A DNA stretch of 61,158 bases from Opitutaceae bacterium (GTDB lineage Bacteria; Verrucomicrobiota; Verrucomicrobiia; Opitutales; Opitutaceae), in assembly GCA_035569995.1 (NCBI GenBank), contig DATMLS010000045.1, positions 1 to 61,158 of the forward strand. The letters are read 5' to 3'. How positions within the stretch are numbered: position 1 is the stretch's first letter; each line of letters opens with the position of its first letter. This document shows, in pieces, positions 26,587 to 35,425 of the stretch. The notes beneath the pieces are model-generated. The model saw only the letters and a program-made list of their open reading frames with translations, was not told the origin of the DNA and did not search any database. Both the position numbers and the translations under genes were made by a program.

Positions 26587-27063
26587 ATGGCATATTTAAA
26601 TAAAGTTTTTCTGATCGGAAATCTCACGCGCGATCCGGAATTGCGTGTCACTCCCAAGGGCACGGCCATTTGCCAGTTCGGTCTCGCGGTCAACCGCCAG
26701 TTCAAGGACGAGTCCGGCCAGATGCGCGACGAAACCACGTTTGTGGACATCGAAGCCTGGGGCAAGCAAGGCGAACTCGTTTCCAAGTATCTTACCAAGG
26801 GCAGCCCGGCGATGGTGGAAGGCCGCCTCAAGCTCGACCAGTGGGAAGACAAAACGTCGGGCCAGAAGCGCAGCAAGCTCAAGATCGTGCTCGATAACGT
26901 ACAATTTCTCGGCCGTCCCGGCGGCGCCGGTGGCGGCGCTCCGGCCGCAGGTGCTGAAGAAGGTGGCCAGCCCGCCTCGCCCGACCGCCACGCGCCCCCG
27001 GCCCGCGGTGAAAAACCCGCGGCTCCTGCCGGCGGCACCGTCGACGAAGACGTTCCGTTCTGA
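26587..27063 (+). CDS. ssb: single-stranded DNA-binding protein
   Basis: OB-fold N-terminus LNKVFLIGNLTRDPELR. Gly/Pro/Ala-rich linker. Acidic C-terminal tip DEDVPF. Confidence 0.9.
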   Translation: MAYLNKVFLIGNLTRDPELRVTPKGTAICQFGLAVNRQFKDESGQMRDETTFVDIEAWGKQGELVSKYLTKGSPAMVEGRLKLDQWEDKTSGQKRSKLKIVLDNVQFLGRPGGAGGGAPAAGAEEGGQPASPDRHAPPARGEKPAAPAGGTVDEDVPF

Positions 27064-27156
27064 AAATAGGTTCAAGGTTCAAAGTTCCCGGTTCAGGGTT
27101 TGTCATTCTGAGCCGTGCGCAAGTAACCCGATTCGTCTTTCAGCGCGTGTAATTCT

Positions 27157-27417
27157 ATGAGCGGCTTCTTCGATAGAGTACACGTCCCGAAATGGCGCAT
27201 TGTATCCTATGCTATCGTGGCGGCCATCGGAGTCGCAACCCTTGGCTATTTATTGCACGATCATTCCTATTATTTTGCCGCCGTACCATGCGGACTGTTC
27301 GTTGGAATTTGGGGATTTTTCGCCGATAAAATCCGCACGAACCCAAAACTTGCTGAAGCAGTCGCCGAGCTTAGGAAGCAAAACGATAGAAAAAAGGCAG
27401 AAAAGAAAGACCCTTAG
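27157..27417 (+). CDS. small membrane protein, hypothetical
   Basis: Two predicted TM helices and a basic C-terminus. No family assignment. Confidence 0.45.
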   Translation: MSGFFDRVHVPKWRIVSYAIVAAIGVATLGYLLHDHSYYFAAVPCGLFVGIWGFFADKIRTNPKLAEAVAELRKQNDRKKAEKKDP

Positions 27418-27483
27418 CAGGTTCAAAGACCTTCTGCTTCATTCGCGTTTATTCGCGTCCATTCGCGGTTAAAAATAATCCGG

Positions 27484-27807
27484 CTAAACCCTCTGCAGGC
27501 GCCGGTTTTTCGGCACGAAGCGGATTTCCACGCGTTTTTCCACTGCGGCGGCGATGCGAGTGAGCATCGCGAGGGAATGGCCTTCATAATCGGCATCTTC
27601 CAGCCGCGAGATCACGGATTGGGTGGTGCCGACACGCTTGGCGAGTTGGGCCTGGGAAAGACCGGCCTTCTCGCGCAGTTGGTAGATCTGGGTGCCGATT
27701 TCGCGCTTGGCGACTTCTTCCTCAAACATGCGCTGCATCTCGGGGTCCTTACCCGCGATGTGAGCCAGGATTTTCAGGCCGTCAGTGGTCATGATTTTCT
27801 TAGACAT
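27484..27807 (-). CDS. XRE-family HTH regulator (HigA/antitoxin-like), apparently orphan
   Basis: HTH QLREKAGLSQAQLAKRVGTTQSVISRLE. No partner toxin ORF >=60 aa is upstream (27840..28440). Confidence 0.65.
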   Translation of the reverse strand: MSKKIMTTDGLKILAHIAGKDPEMQRMFEEEVAKREIGTQIYQLREKAGLSQAQLAKRVGTTQSVISRLEDADYEGHSLAMLTRIAAAVEKRVEIRFVPKNRRLQRV

Positions 27808-27945
27808 CGTCGATTTCTCCTTCGAAAGAGTGAACAAGGGGATTGGCGGTAAAAGCGGCTTTGCGGGCGATGGAAGTCGAAAGGATTAATCGCATTTTTG
27901 CGATAATTATTAACAAGCCGTCGGCATCGATTTGAAACCTTGTGG

Positions 27946-28330
27946 GCGGGGTGCCCTCACCCCGCACCTAGGTCTATAGCAGTTTCTGTTTTAATAGACC
28001 CATACGGGTGAAGTTGTCATTCCGAGCCGTGCGAGGAATCTCCGATTTCTGTTTGCAACGTAGAGCCCATCGATCCCGATATATTTTGAACAGAAGATAA
28101 CGAAGAGCTCCTGGTACTTCTGTCATCAAAGGCAAAAGCAGAGCCGGCTTGGAAATTTGGCGTAAGCTGACACCAGGCGCTTCGTTTCCTTGGTTACCTT
28201 CTGTGAAAATATCATATTACAAATGAGATTCCTCGCACGGCTCGGAATGACAAAATAAAGATGGGTCGCAAAGGCATGCGATGTAACCAACTAAGTTGAA
28301 AATGCTCTAATGCGGGGTGAGGGCACCCCG
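27946..28330. repeat. nested inverted-repeat (MITE-like) element: outer ~22-bp hairpin-type inverted repeats enclosing inner 29-bp perfect inverted repeats around an AT-rich ~185-bp core
   Basis: Outer pair: GGCGGGGTGCCCTCACCCCGCA at 27946..27968 and its reverse complement at 28308..28330. Inner pair: TTGTCATTCCGAGCCGTGCGAGGAATCTC at 28014..28042 and its reverse complement at 28227..28255. Confidence 0.6.
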
Positions 28331-28444
28331 CCTACATCTTTGCGTCCCTTGGCCTGCCCTCCGACTTGTCCGCCATAGCTTTAGCGAAGGCGGAAGCCTT
28401 GGCGAAGGAGGGCGACCTTCTGTGGAAATTACCTCGCGCCTTAC

Positions 28445-31400
28445 CTACAACGGCTGGACGCCGAGGGTGCCGGTGAGGTAGGTGAGGTAGTCTTTTTTGC
28501 CGACGCGCGTGGCTTCGGCTTGGGCCGCGGCCAGCCGTTCCGTCAAGCCGAGTCGTTTGACCACCTCTGCATTCGCCGAATTGGCGCAGAATTCCTCCAG
28601 CGTCCGCACGTGCCGTTGCCAGAGCGCGATATCGCCGGCCTGCTTGGCCGCCAGCCGCGCGGCATACCAATCGCTGGCCAGCAAATATTCCCGCGTGAAG
28701 AGCGCGCGGAATTCGGGCGCGTCGAATCCATGGCCGTCGGAAGTTTGGCCGTTCGCCATGATTTCGAGCAACGCCTTAAGCGGAGGGCAGGCGAGCGAGA
28801 CGGTGCCGTCATCAAAATAGCTTTGCGCCACCCGTTGGTGAGTGGAGCAGATGTTGTCCATGCCATCGGCAAAGATGGCGAGATCCTGATTTTCCGGCTG
28901 CAAAATCTCGTTGGTGAAGATCGAGTGCGGGTGGGTAAACACCCGGCCGAGGAAGACCCGGCCGAATTTGGCGGTGATCCGCCAACCCAGCCGGCTGGCG
29001 AGCACTTTGCGTCCTTCGTAGATGAAGTCCTCGCATTTTTCGATGTAGCCGTGCTTGCGGAGAAATTCCGGCGTGCGCTCCTCGGCCGACATCCGGCACC
29101 ACAGTTCAGGCACCAGCAGGCTGACGTCATGGTTCACCTGGAACTTCGGCCCGACGTAGCCCGCGGCGGAAAGAAATGCCGGCAGCCCGATGAGAATCTG
29201 CGAGACCAGCGCGGCGTTGAGGTCGATGATGGTGGGCAGGGCGTTGAACGGGCCTTTCGTCAGCGCGCCCTCCGAGCCGGCGCCGGTGGTCGAGGGCGAT
29301 TTGCCGGTCATCGAGCTGATGAATTCGGCAAAAAGCTCCGGCAACTCCAGGTAATGGATGGGATTGAAGACGGCCAGCGAGCGGATGCGGGCCTGCGGAT
29401 CGGGCGGGTTGTTACGGCGGCCGGGCACCAAGGCATCGACCGGAGTGTACACCGGGGCGTCGGCCGGCAGCCGTCGGAAAAGGCGCGTCGCCATCCGGGC
29501 GAGGTGCACCCCGCGCGCATCGACCAGGTCGGGTCGTTGCTGCAGGTAACGGGGGTTCTTCGAGGGCTTGCCCTCGACGATCCGCGGATGGGCCGACGAC
29601 ACAAAATAGGCCGGCCCGGCGGCGCCGTTCGCGGCCACGCGCACGAGCGCCTGCATCGGCCCAGTGAACTTGGAGAACCCGATCGCTTCGTCCACCAGCG
29701 CGCGCGCATCCGTCCGCATCAATGGCTCGAAGTTCGAGATAAAGTTCCCGGGCTGGGAGAGTTCCTTCTCGGTCTGCTTGTCGTAACCGCGGTGGATGGC
29801 GTCGTCCGGCCGCTGGAAAAGCCGTTGTTCGCAGTTCTCGACAAATTTAAACGAGGCGGCGGCCGCGCCGTTTTCGTCTGGAAACACGACCCTGGCCGGC
29901 ACGACGACCGAGGCGGTGATGTCATCCTCCATCTGGACCTTGGCTGCCGGATGAAAATCCTCGCGCAGCCCGAACACGCGCCACGCCCCTTCGGCATCGA
30001 AGCCCACGCGCAGGTAGCTGGCCGTGAGCTTGCGGTTGTCGCATTTCAACTCGTTGCCGGGATTCCCGTTGATGATGTCGACTGAGAAGTGGTCTCGCCA
30101 CTTGTCGCCCCATGTCGAGCGGAAGTGCCGCTTCACGACGAAAACAATCTCTTTCACATACTGCGGGATCGAGCGCAGCCAGGCGTTGTATTCCTTGGAA
30201 TATTCCTTGTCGTCCGGCGTCAGCAGCTTGATGACCGAGCCGAGCGAACGCTCCGGGCTGAGGATGGGCCGCAGGTCGGTGCCGCACCGTTCGGGGGTGC
30301 AAAACCGATTCGAGCAATCGTGGTTGACCAGTTCCTCCACGCGATCCATGTCGCGATCGAAATCCGCCACAAAAATCGGGCCGGGCAGGATGGCGTCGGA
30401 GATCGCCTTCGAGATTTCGGATTTGCCGCCGCCGGACACGGTGCAGGGTTTGTGGCAGAGTGTGCCCTCGGCGACCGTTCCCACGATATGCCACGCCGTG
30501 TGGGCGGGAGGTTGCTCGAGGTGCACTTTGTATCCGGAGGGGCGGACGTAGGTGTGACCGAAGCGGAACGGCAAACTTTGGACTTTGTCCGCCTGCGTCC
30601 AGCTCACTTGCTGTTTGTTCAAGTCGAACGCGACATCTTCCGGCACGTAGATGATGTCGGGATATTCGCGGTCCACGGCGTAGCCCTCGGGTTTTACGTC
30701 CATCAATGTTTGATAGCGTTCTGCGACCTCGGTGAAGCAATGGCCGCGCTGCTGCACATGGAGATTCCCCGAAAATTCCTCGCCGAGATCGTACGCCGGA
30801 TAAACCAGGGCGCCGCCGGCGTGCTCCTCCTCGGCCAGGCCGAAAAGATTGGCCGAGTAGCTGATCTGGGTCTTCACCTCCTTCTTGCAGTAACCGTAAT
30901 AATTGTCGGCGATGATCGTCACGATCACCCCGCTGGCATCGCGGGAACAAATCTTGAACGCGGAGCCTCCGTTGTAGGGTTCGTCCGGCTTTCGCCAGCA
31001 CATGCCGTCGCGCCGCTGCCTCTCCGTGGCGTGGTCATGGTCCGGCAGGCCGAGTTCGCGCTTGGTCACCGCGGTCAGGTGCGGGGCGAGGATGACGCAG
31101 CCGGTGTGCCCGGTCCAGCTGGCCGGGTTGAGGGCGGCATCGTTTTCGGGCAGATGTGGGTCGCCCGCATTGCCAAAGATGCTTTCCACAAAATCGAGAT
31201 TGGAAACCAGCGAGCCGGGGGCAAAGAAGCGGATTTCCATGCGTTTCTCGCCGGTGAAGCCCGGTACCGCCGGGACGACCAGCGGACGCAGCAGGAGCGA
31301 AACGAAACAGGCAGCCTCGTCGGTGCTTCCTGCCATGATGGGCAGCTTCAGCAGTTCGGGCGGCGGCTGGAACGCCCGCTCCAGCAGGCGGGCATACACG

Positions 31401-31864
31401 GTCGCTGGCACTGCCAGCTTGTCATCGGGAATGGGCAGGCCGCCCTCGGCGATGTGAAACACACCCTGGGTCGTGCGCCGGTCATTGGCCGGATTGTGCA
31501 GCACGCCGTTGCGCAAACGGTAGCTCTTGAGCAACGGCGAATCAAAGTAGTCACCGGCGAGCGGGAGTGAAAGCTCGCGGGCCAGGGCAGGTTTATCGAG
31601 CACGAACGTCTGTGCGGGCAGCCGGGGCACCGGGACGGCGCTGGCCAGCGCCCGGTCCAAATACGCCTGGATCCGGGCATCGACCGGACACAACTGCACC
31701 GACTGCCGCTGGATTTCTTCCCGCGGCACGGCTGACAGAGGCGCGGCAAGTTTGGCCCGGGCCCTGCTCGGGTTGTTCAAGGGCGCAAACCCCAGCGCGG
31801 TCAGGCGCAGGTTGATGGCTTGCTGCAGCCTCGCACGTCCGGGAGAGGGCGGTAAATCGATCAT
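28445..31864 (-). CDS. large conserved hypothetical protein (1139 aa), family not recognised
   Basis: Long uninterrupted ORF with protein-like composition. Contains a P-loop-like CTVSGGGKSE segment. I could not assign a family from sequence. Confidence 0.6.
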   Translation of the reverse strand: MIDLPPSPGRARLQQAINLRLTALGFAPLNNPSRARAKLAAPLSAVPREEIQRQSVQLCPVDARIQAYLDRALASAVPVPRLPAQTFVLDKPALARELSLPLAGDYFDSPLLKSYRLRNGVLHNPANDRRTTQGVFHIAEGGLPIPDDKLAVPATVYARLLERAFQPPPELLKLPIMAGSTDEAACFVSLLLRPLVVPAVPGFTGEKRMEIRFFAPGSLVSNLDFVESIFGNAGDPHLPENDAALNPASWTGHTGCVILAPHLTAVTKRELGLPDHDHATERQRRDGMCWRKPDEPYNGGSAFKICSRDASGVIVTIIADNYYGYCKKEVKTQISYSANLFGLAEEEHAGGALVYPAYDLGEEFSGNLHVQQRGHCFTEVAERYQTLMDVKPEGYAVDREYPDIIYVPEDVAFDLNKQQVSWTQADKVQSLPFRFGHTYVRPSGYKVHLEQPPAHTAWHIVGTVAEGTLCHKPCTVSGGGKSEISKAISDAILPGPIFVADFDRDMDRVEELVNHDCSNRFCTPERCGTDLRPILSPERSLGSVIKLLTPDDKEYSKEYNAWLRSIPQYVKEIVFVVKRHFRSTWGDKWRDHFSVDIINGNPGNELKCDNRKLTASYLRVGFDAEGAWRVFGLREDFHPAAKVQMEDDITASVVVPARVVFPDENGAAAASFKFVENCEQRLFQRPDDAIHRGYDKQTEKELSQPGNFISNFEPLMRTDARALVDEAIGFSKFTGPMQALVRVAANGAAGPAYFVSSAHPRIVEGKPSKNPRYLQQRPDLVDARGVHLARMATRLFRRLPADAPVYTPVDALVPGRRNNPPDPQARIRSLAVFNPIHYLELPELFAEFISSMTGKSPSTTGAGSEGALTKGPFNALPTIIDLNAALVSQILIGLPAFLSAAGYVGPKFQVNHDVSLLVPELWCRMSAEERTPEFLRKHGYIEKCEDFIYEGRKVLASRLGWRITAKFGRVFLGRVFTHPHSIFTNEILQPENQDLAIFADGMDNICSTHQRVAQSYFDDGTVSLACPPLKALLEIMANGQTSDGHGFDAPEFRALFTREYLLASDWYAARLAAKQAGDIALWQRHVRTLEEFCANSANAEVVKRLGLTERLAAAQAEATRVGKKDYLTYLTGTLGVQPL

Positions 31865-32020
31865 GGGCTTGAGCAGCTTTCAGTGGGAGCCGCCGGCTGT
31901 CACTTTTTTTCTAGCCCATTTTGTGCCAGCTTATGCCGGTTGTCGGTGAATGCGGCGCGCCCATCGTGATTTTTTAACCGCGCTTGTCCTCGCACGGGTC
32001 AGTGTTAACGTTGGCAAAAA

Positions 32021-32443
32021 ATGAATACCGTTCTTAACGACGACATTTCTGCTATCGATTGGGATCAGCTCGCTTTCATTTTCAAGATGGCGCCATTGGG
32101 CGAGCGTGTCCCCGCGAAATTGAAAGAGACATTCATAAATAGCGGTGTCAGGTGTTTTGCATGGCACGGGGAAGATCTCATCGGGGCGGGCCGTGCGATT
32201 ACCGACAGTATCGCTTACGCGGTGATATTTGATGTGGTTTTGCTGCCTGCCTATCAAGGGAGAGGAATCGGAAAGCAGATCATGATGTTCCTGGCTGAAA
32301 GATCGAAGGCCGCGAACGTCCTGCTTCATTCGGTTCCCGGAAAAGAAGAGTTCTATCGAAAGCTTGGCTACCGCAGGATGAAAACTTCGATGGGACGCTT
32401 TGCGAATCCAGAGAAGCAATGCCAGCTTGGTTACATCGAGTGA
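32021..32443 (+). CDS. GNAT family N-acetyltransferase
   Basis: Acetyl-CoA binding motif LPAYQGRGIGKQIM. Confidence 0.8.
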   Translation: MNTVLNDDISAIDWDQLAFIFKMAPLGERVPAKLKETFINSGVRCFAWHGEDLIGAGRAITDSIAYAVIFDVVLLPAYQGRGIGKQIMMFLAERSKAANVLLHSVPGKEEFYRKLGYRRMKTSMGRFANPEKQCQLGYIE

Positions 32444-32456
32444 AAAACAGGTAACT

Positions 32457-33011
32457 ATGACCACCATCATCGGACTTTCAGGCAGCTTGCGCAAAAATTC
32501 TTACAACACGGCGTTGCTGCACGCTGCTGCGGGCCTCATGCCCGAGGGCGCAACTTTAGTGGTCAAAACCGTCCACGGCATCCCGCTCTACAATGGAGAC
32601 GACGAAGCCGCCCACGGCATTCCGCCCGTGGTGCAGGAACTGAAGGCGGCCATCGCGGCGGCCGACGGCCTGCTGCTTTCGACGCCCGAATACAACAACT
32701 CCATTCCCGGTGTCTTCAAGAACGCCATCGACTGGCTGTCGCGCCCGAATGCGGACATCCCAAAAGTTTTTGGAGGAAAACCAGTGGCCTTGATTGGTGC
32801 TTCGCCCGGCCCTTATGGAACGGTCATGAGTCAAAGCGCGTGGCTGCCGACCTTGCGCACGCTTGGGACCAAGCCCTGGTTTGGCGGACGACTCCTGGTT
32901 TCAAATGCGGACGAGATGTTCGATGCCGCCGGCCAGCTCACGGACGCGGCGCTGAAAGAACGCCTGCAAAAATTCCTGGCCGGGTTTGTCCGCTTCGCGG
33001 CGGAGGAGTGA
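32457..33011 (+). CDS. NAD(P)H-dependent FMN reductase (SsuE/ArsH-like flavodoxin fold)
   Basis: IIGLSGSLRKNSYNTALL...LLSTPEYNNSIPGVFKNAIDWLSRP signature. Start taken at the ATG at 32457. Confidence 0.85.
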   Translation: MTTIIGLSGSLRKNSYNTALLHAAAGLMPEGATLVVKTVHGIPLYNGDDEAAHGIPPVVQELKAAIAAADGLLLSTPEYNNSIPGVFKNAIDWLSRPNADIPKVFGGKPVALIGASPGPYGTVMSQSAWLPTLRTLGTKPWFGGRLLVSNADEMFDAAGQLTDAALKERLQKFLAGFVRFAAEE

Positions 33012-33092
33012 GGATAGCTCGAACGGCTCGTCGGGACGCCTCGCCCTACCTAAAATGCGTCTAGCTTAAACGGAAAAATTCCAGTCGCAGCC

Positions 33093-35042
33093 TCACTTCT
33101 TGGCTTTGCCCGGCTGGTTGAGCAGGGAGTGAACGGCCCGGAGGAGTTGTTCGCTGCTCATGGGTTTTTGCAGGATCTGCAAACGGCCGGGTTCAACGGT
33201 GAAGGTGAGTTTCTTGGCGTCGAGCAGGCCGCTCATGGCCATGATGGGCAGATCCGGCTTGATCGCATGCAAGGTGGCAATGACCTGGGTGCCTTGCATG
33301 GTGGGCATCATCATGTCGGTGAGCACGGCCTTGATTTCGTTGGCGTGCTGGCGGTAAAGATCGATGCCGAGGTGACCGTCGGCGGCAAGAATGACCTGGT
33401 AGCCGTAAGCCTCGAGGGTGACGCCGACAATTTCACGCACACTGGCTTCGTCGTCGATCACCAGCACGGTTTCGCCCTGGCCGTGCATCGCTGCCGTCTC
33501 GTCCGAGGGTGGTTGAACGGCCTCGGTGCTCTCCAGGATTGCCGGCAGGTAGATCCGGAATTCGGTGCCTTGGCCGACGGTGCTTTTAACTTGGAGAAAG
33601 CCGTCATGGGATTTGACGATGCCGAGCGTGGTCGCGAGGCCGAGGCCGGTGCCTTCGCCGTGGTTCTTGGTGGTAAAAAAAGGGTCGAAAATGCGATCGA
33701 TGATGTCTGGCGGAATGCCGCAACCGGTATCGGCAATCGCGATCAACACATGCCGACCGGGTTGGGCCCCGGGATTGGCGCTGGCGGTTATTTCATCGAT
33801 GACGACATTTTGCGCCTTGATGGTGAGCTGGCCGCCTTCGGGCATGGCATCGCGCGCGTTGACGCAGAGATTCATGAGCACCTGTCCAAGCTGGGTGTGG
33901 TTGCCTTTGACGAAATGAAGGACGTCGCCGGTATCCGAGCTGACTTTAATGGAGCGAGGAAAAGTTTCACTGATCAGCTCAACGACGTCACGGATGATCA
34001 GGGAGGGTTGCACCGGCATGCGTTCATCGTCGGTCTCGGTTCCCCGGGCAAACGTGAGCACTTGGCGGATCAAGTTCGCGCCATGCTGGGCGCTGGTGTT
34101 CATGACGTTGAGCAGGCGGACCAAACGCTCGTCGGTGATTTCCTGGCGGAGCATGTCCACGGCGATGAGAATCGGCGTGAGGGTGTTGTTGAGGTCATGC
34201 GCGATGCCGCCGGCGAGGGTGCCGATGCTTTCAAGGCGCTGGGCCCGCAGAAATTGTTTTTCAAGTTTATCCTGCTCGGTGATGTCGGTGTTGATGATCA
34301 GGATCGACTGATCCTGGCCCTCGGCATCGCGCACCAGTGTCCAGCGGCTTTCGACCACGAGCGGGTTGCTGTCCTGGCTCTTGATCTGCAACTGCCCCGT
34401 CCAGGAGTCCGCTGATTTAAGGGCCAGATGCGCCGCTTTTATCTGCGGGGTGCAGCCGAGTTTGGCCAAAAGTTCCGAGAGCAGCTCGCCTTGTGCCTTG
34501 GCTCCGACCCAGCCGAACAGGCGCTCGGCGCTTTGGTTTGAATAGGTGATGCGGCCCTCGATGTCGGTGACGCAAATCGCGTCGCGGGCCTTGTCGAGCA
34601 GTTCGGCCTGCTCGCGCAACTTGCGCGCGGTCTCCTTGCGAACCCTGAACTCGTGCACCGATTGCAGGGCGCGGCGGATCACGGGCACGAGTCGGCTCAT
34701 GCGGTCCTTGATCACATAATCAGTGGCGCCGTTTTTGAGCGCTTCCACGGCGGCGTCCTCGCCGATCGTGCCGGAAAGGAAGATAAACGGCGTGTCCGGA
34801 CAATGCCGGCCGGCGATGGCCAGGGCCGAAAGCCCGTTAAAGCCGGGCATGGTGAAATCGGACAGGATCAGGTCGGGGCTGCGGCCGCTGATGGCGGAAA
34901 CAAACTCGGTGCGGGTTTGCACCCGGTCGATGCGACAATGCGGCCATTCCTGCAGGATAACCTCGCTGATCAACTCAGCGTCAGGAAGGTTGTCCTCGAG
35001 ATGGAGAAAGTGCAGCGGAGAAACAGAAGTGCGTGCGGCCAT
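33093..35042 (-). CDS. hybrid sensor histidine kinase / response regulator (REC-PAS-HisKA-HATPase-REC)
   Basis: N-terminal REC (DLILSDFTMPGFNG). H-box IAHDLNNTLTPI. ATPase G-boxes. C-terminal REC (VLVIDDE...DMMMPTMQG). Confidence 0.85.
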   Translation of the reverse strand: MAARTSVSPLHFLHLEDNLPDAELISEVILQEWPHCRIDRVQTRTEFVSAISGRSPDLILSDFTMPGFNGLSALAIAGRHCPDTPFIFLSGTIGEDAAVEALKNGATDYVIKDRMSRLVPVIRRALQSVHEFRVRKETARKLREQAELLDKARDAICVTDIEGRITYSNQSAERLFGWVGAKAQGELLSELLAKLGCTPQIKAAHLALKSADSWTGQLQIKSQDSNPLVVESRWTLVRDAEGQDQSILIINTDITEQDKLEKQFLRAQRLESIGTLAGGIAHDLNNTLTPILIAVDMLRQEITDERLVRLLNVMNTSAQHGANLIRQVLTFARGTETDDERMPVQPSLIIRDVVELISETFPRSIKVSSDTGDVLHFVKGNHTQLGQVLMNLCVNARDAMPEGGQLTIKAQNVVIDEITASANPGAQPGRHVLIAIADTGCGIPPDIIDRIFDPFFTTKNHGEGTGLGLATTLGIVKSHDGFLQVKSTVGQGTEFRIYLPAILESTEAVQPPSDETAAMHGQGETVLVIDDEASVREIVGVTLEAYGYQVILAADGHLGIDLYRQHANEIKAVLTDMMMPTMQGTQVIATLHAIKPDLPIMAMSGLLDAKKLTFTVEPGRLQILQKPMSSEQLLRAVHSLLNQPGKAKK

Positions 35043-35425
35043 GATGGGAGGAATGGTTTTTGGTGAAGCGCACAGTGGGAAGGCAGCCTTGATAAATTTC
35101 GAAATTATCTTCCCAGGTTCACCGCGGGGGCCGGGAAAAAATGAGCTTATATATAATGGTTATTATAGTTCTTTATTCCATTAGGGATAAAGAATATGAA
35201 GCAATGCCGCAAGCGGTTTGGCCTGAGGACTATTACTCATACATATTTCTTTGCTATTTAGTTGAACGCTTTAAATCCTTTGAAGATAAGGTGGTTAAAT
35301 TGTTTTAAAGTGATACACCCCATGCAGCCATTGTTTTGCAAAACCTGCCGAATGCGTCTGGATTTTTTCCCGGCAAGATATGTAGACTACAAGTGACCTC
35401 GAAAGTTTTTATCCTGTAGTAAACG

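Noticed and set aside
27840-28440. CRISPR array or toxin gene in the gap upstream of the HigA-like gene
   Set aside because: The repeats are inverted and nested, not evenly spaced direct repeats. No ORF of 60 aa or more is present.
28520-31570. Plus-strand ORFs 28520..30085 and 30089..31570 opposite the 1139-aa gene
   Set aside because: The minus-strand ORF is a single uninterrupted 3.4-kb frame with protein-like composition. The plus-strand frames are Arg/Gly/Asp-rich antisense artefacts.
33129-34415. 428-aa ORF antisense to the hybrid histidine kinase
   Set aside because: The kinase motifs (H-box, G-boxes, REC) are on the minus strand. This frame is an antisense artefact.
35043-35425. Cobalamin or other riboswitch in the AT-rich leader of the TonB-dependent receptor
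   Set aside because: No B12-box-like GCCACTG core, nor any other riboswitch consensus I could recognise. It is more likely a divergent promoter region.
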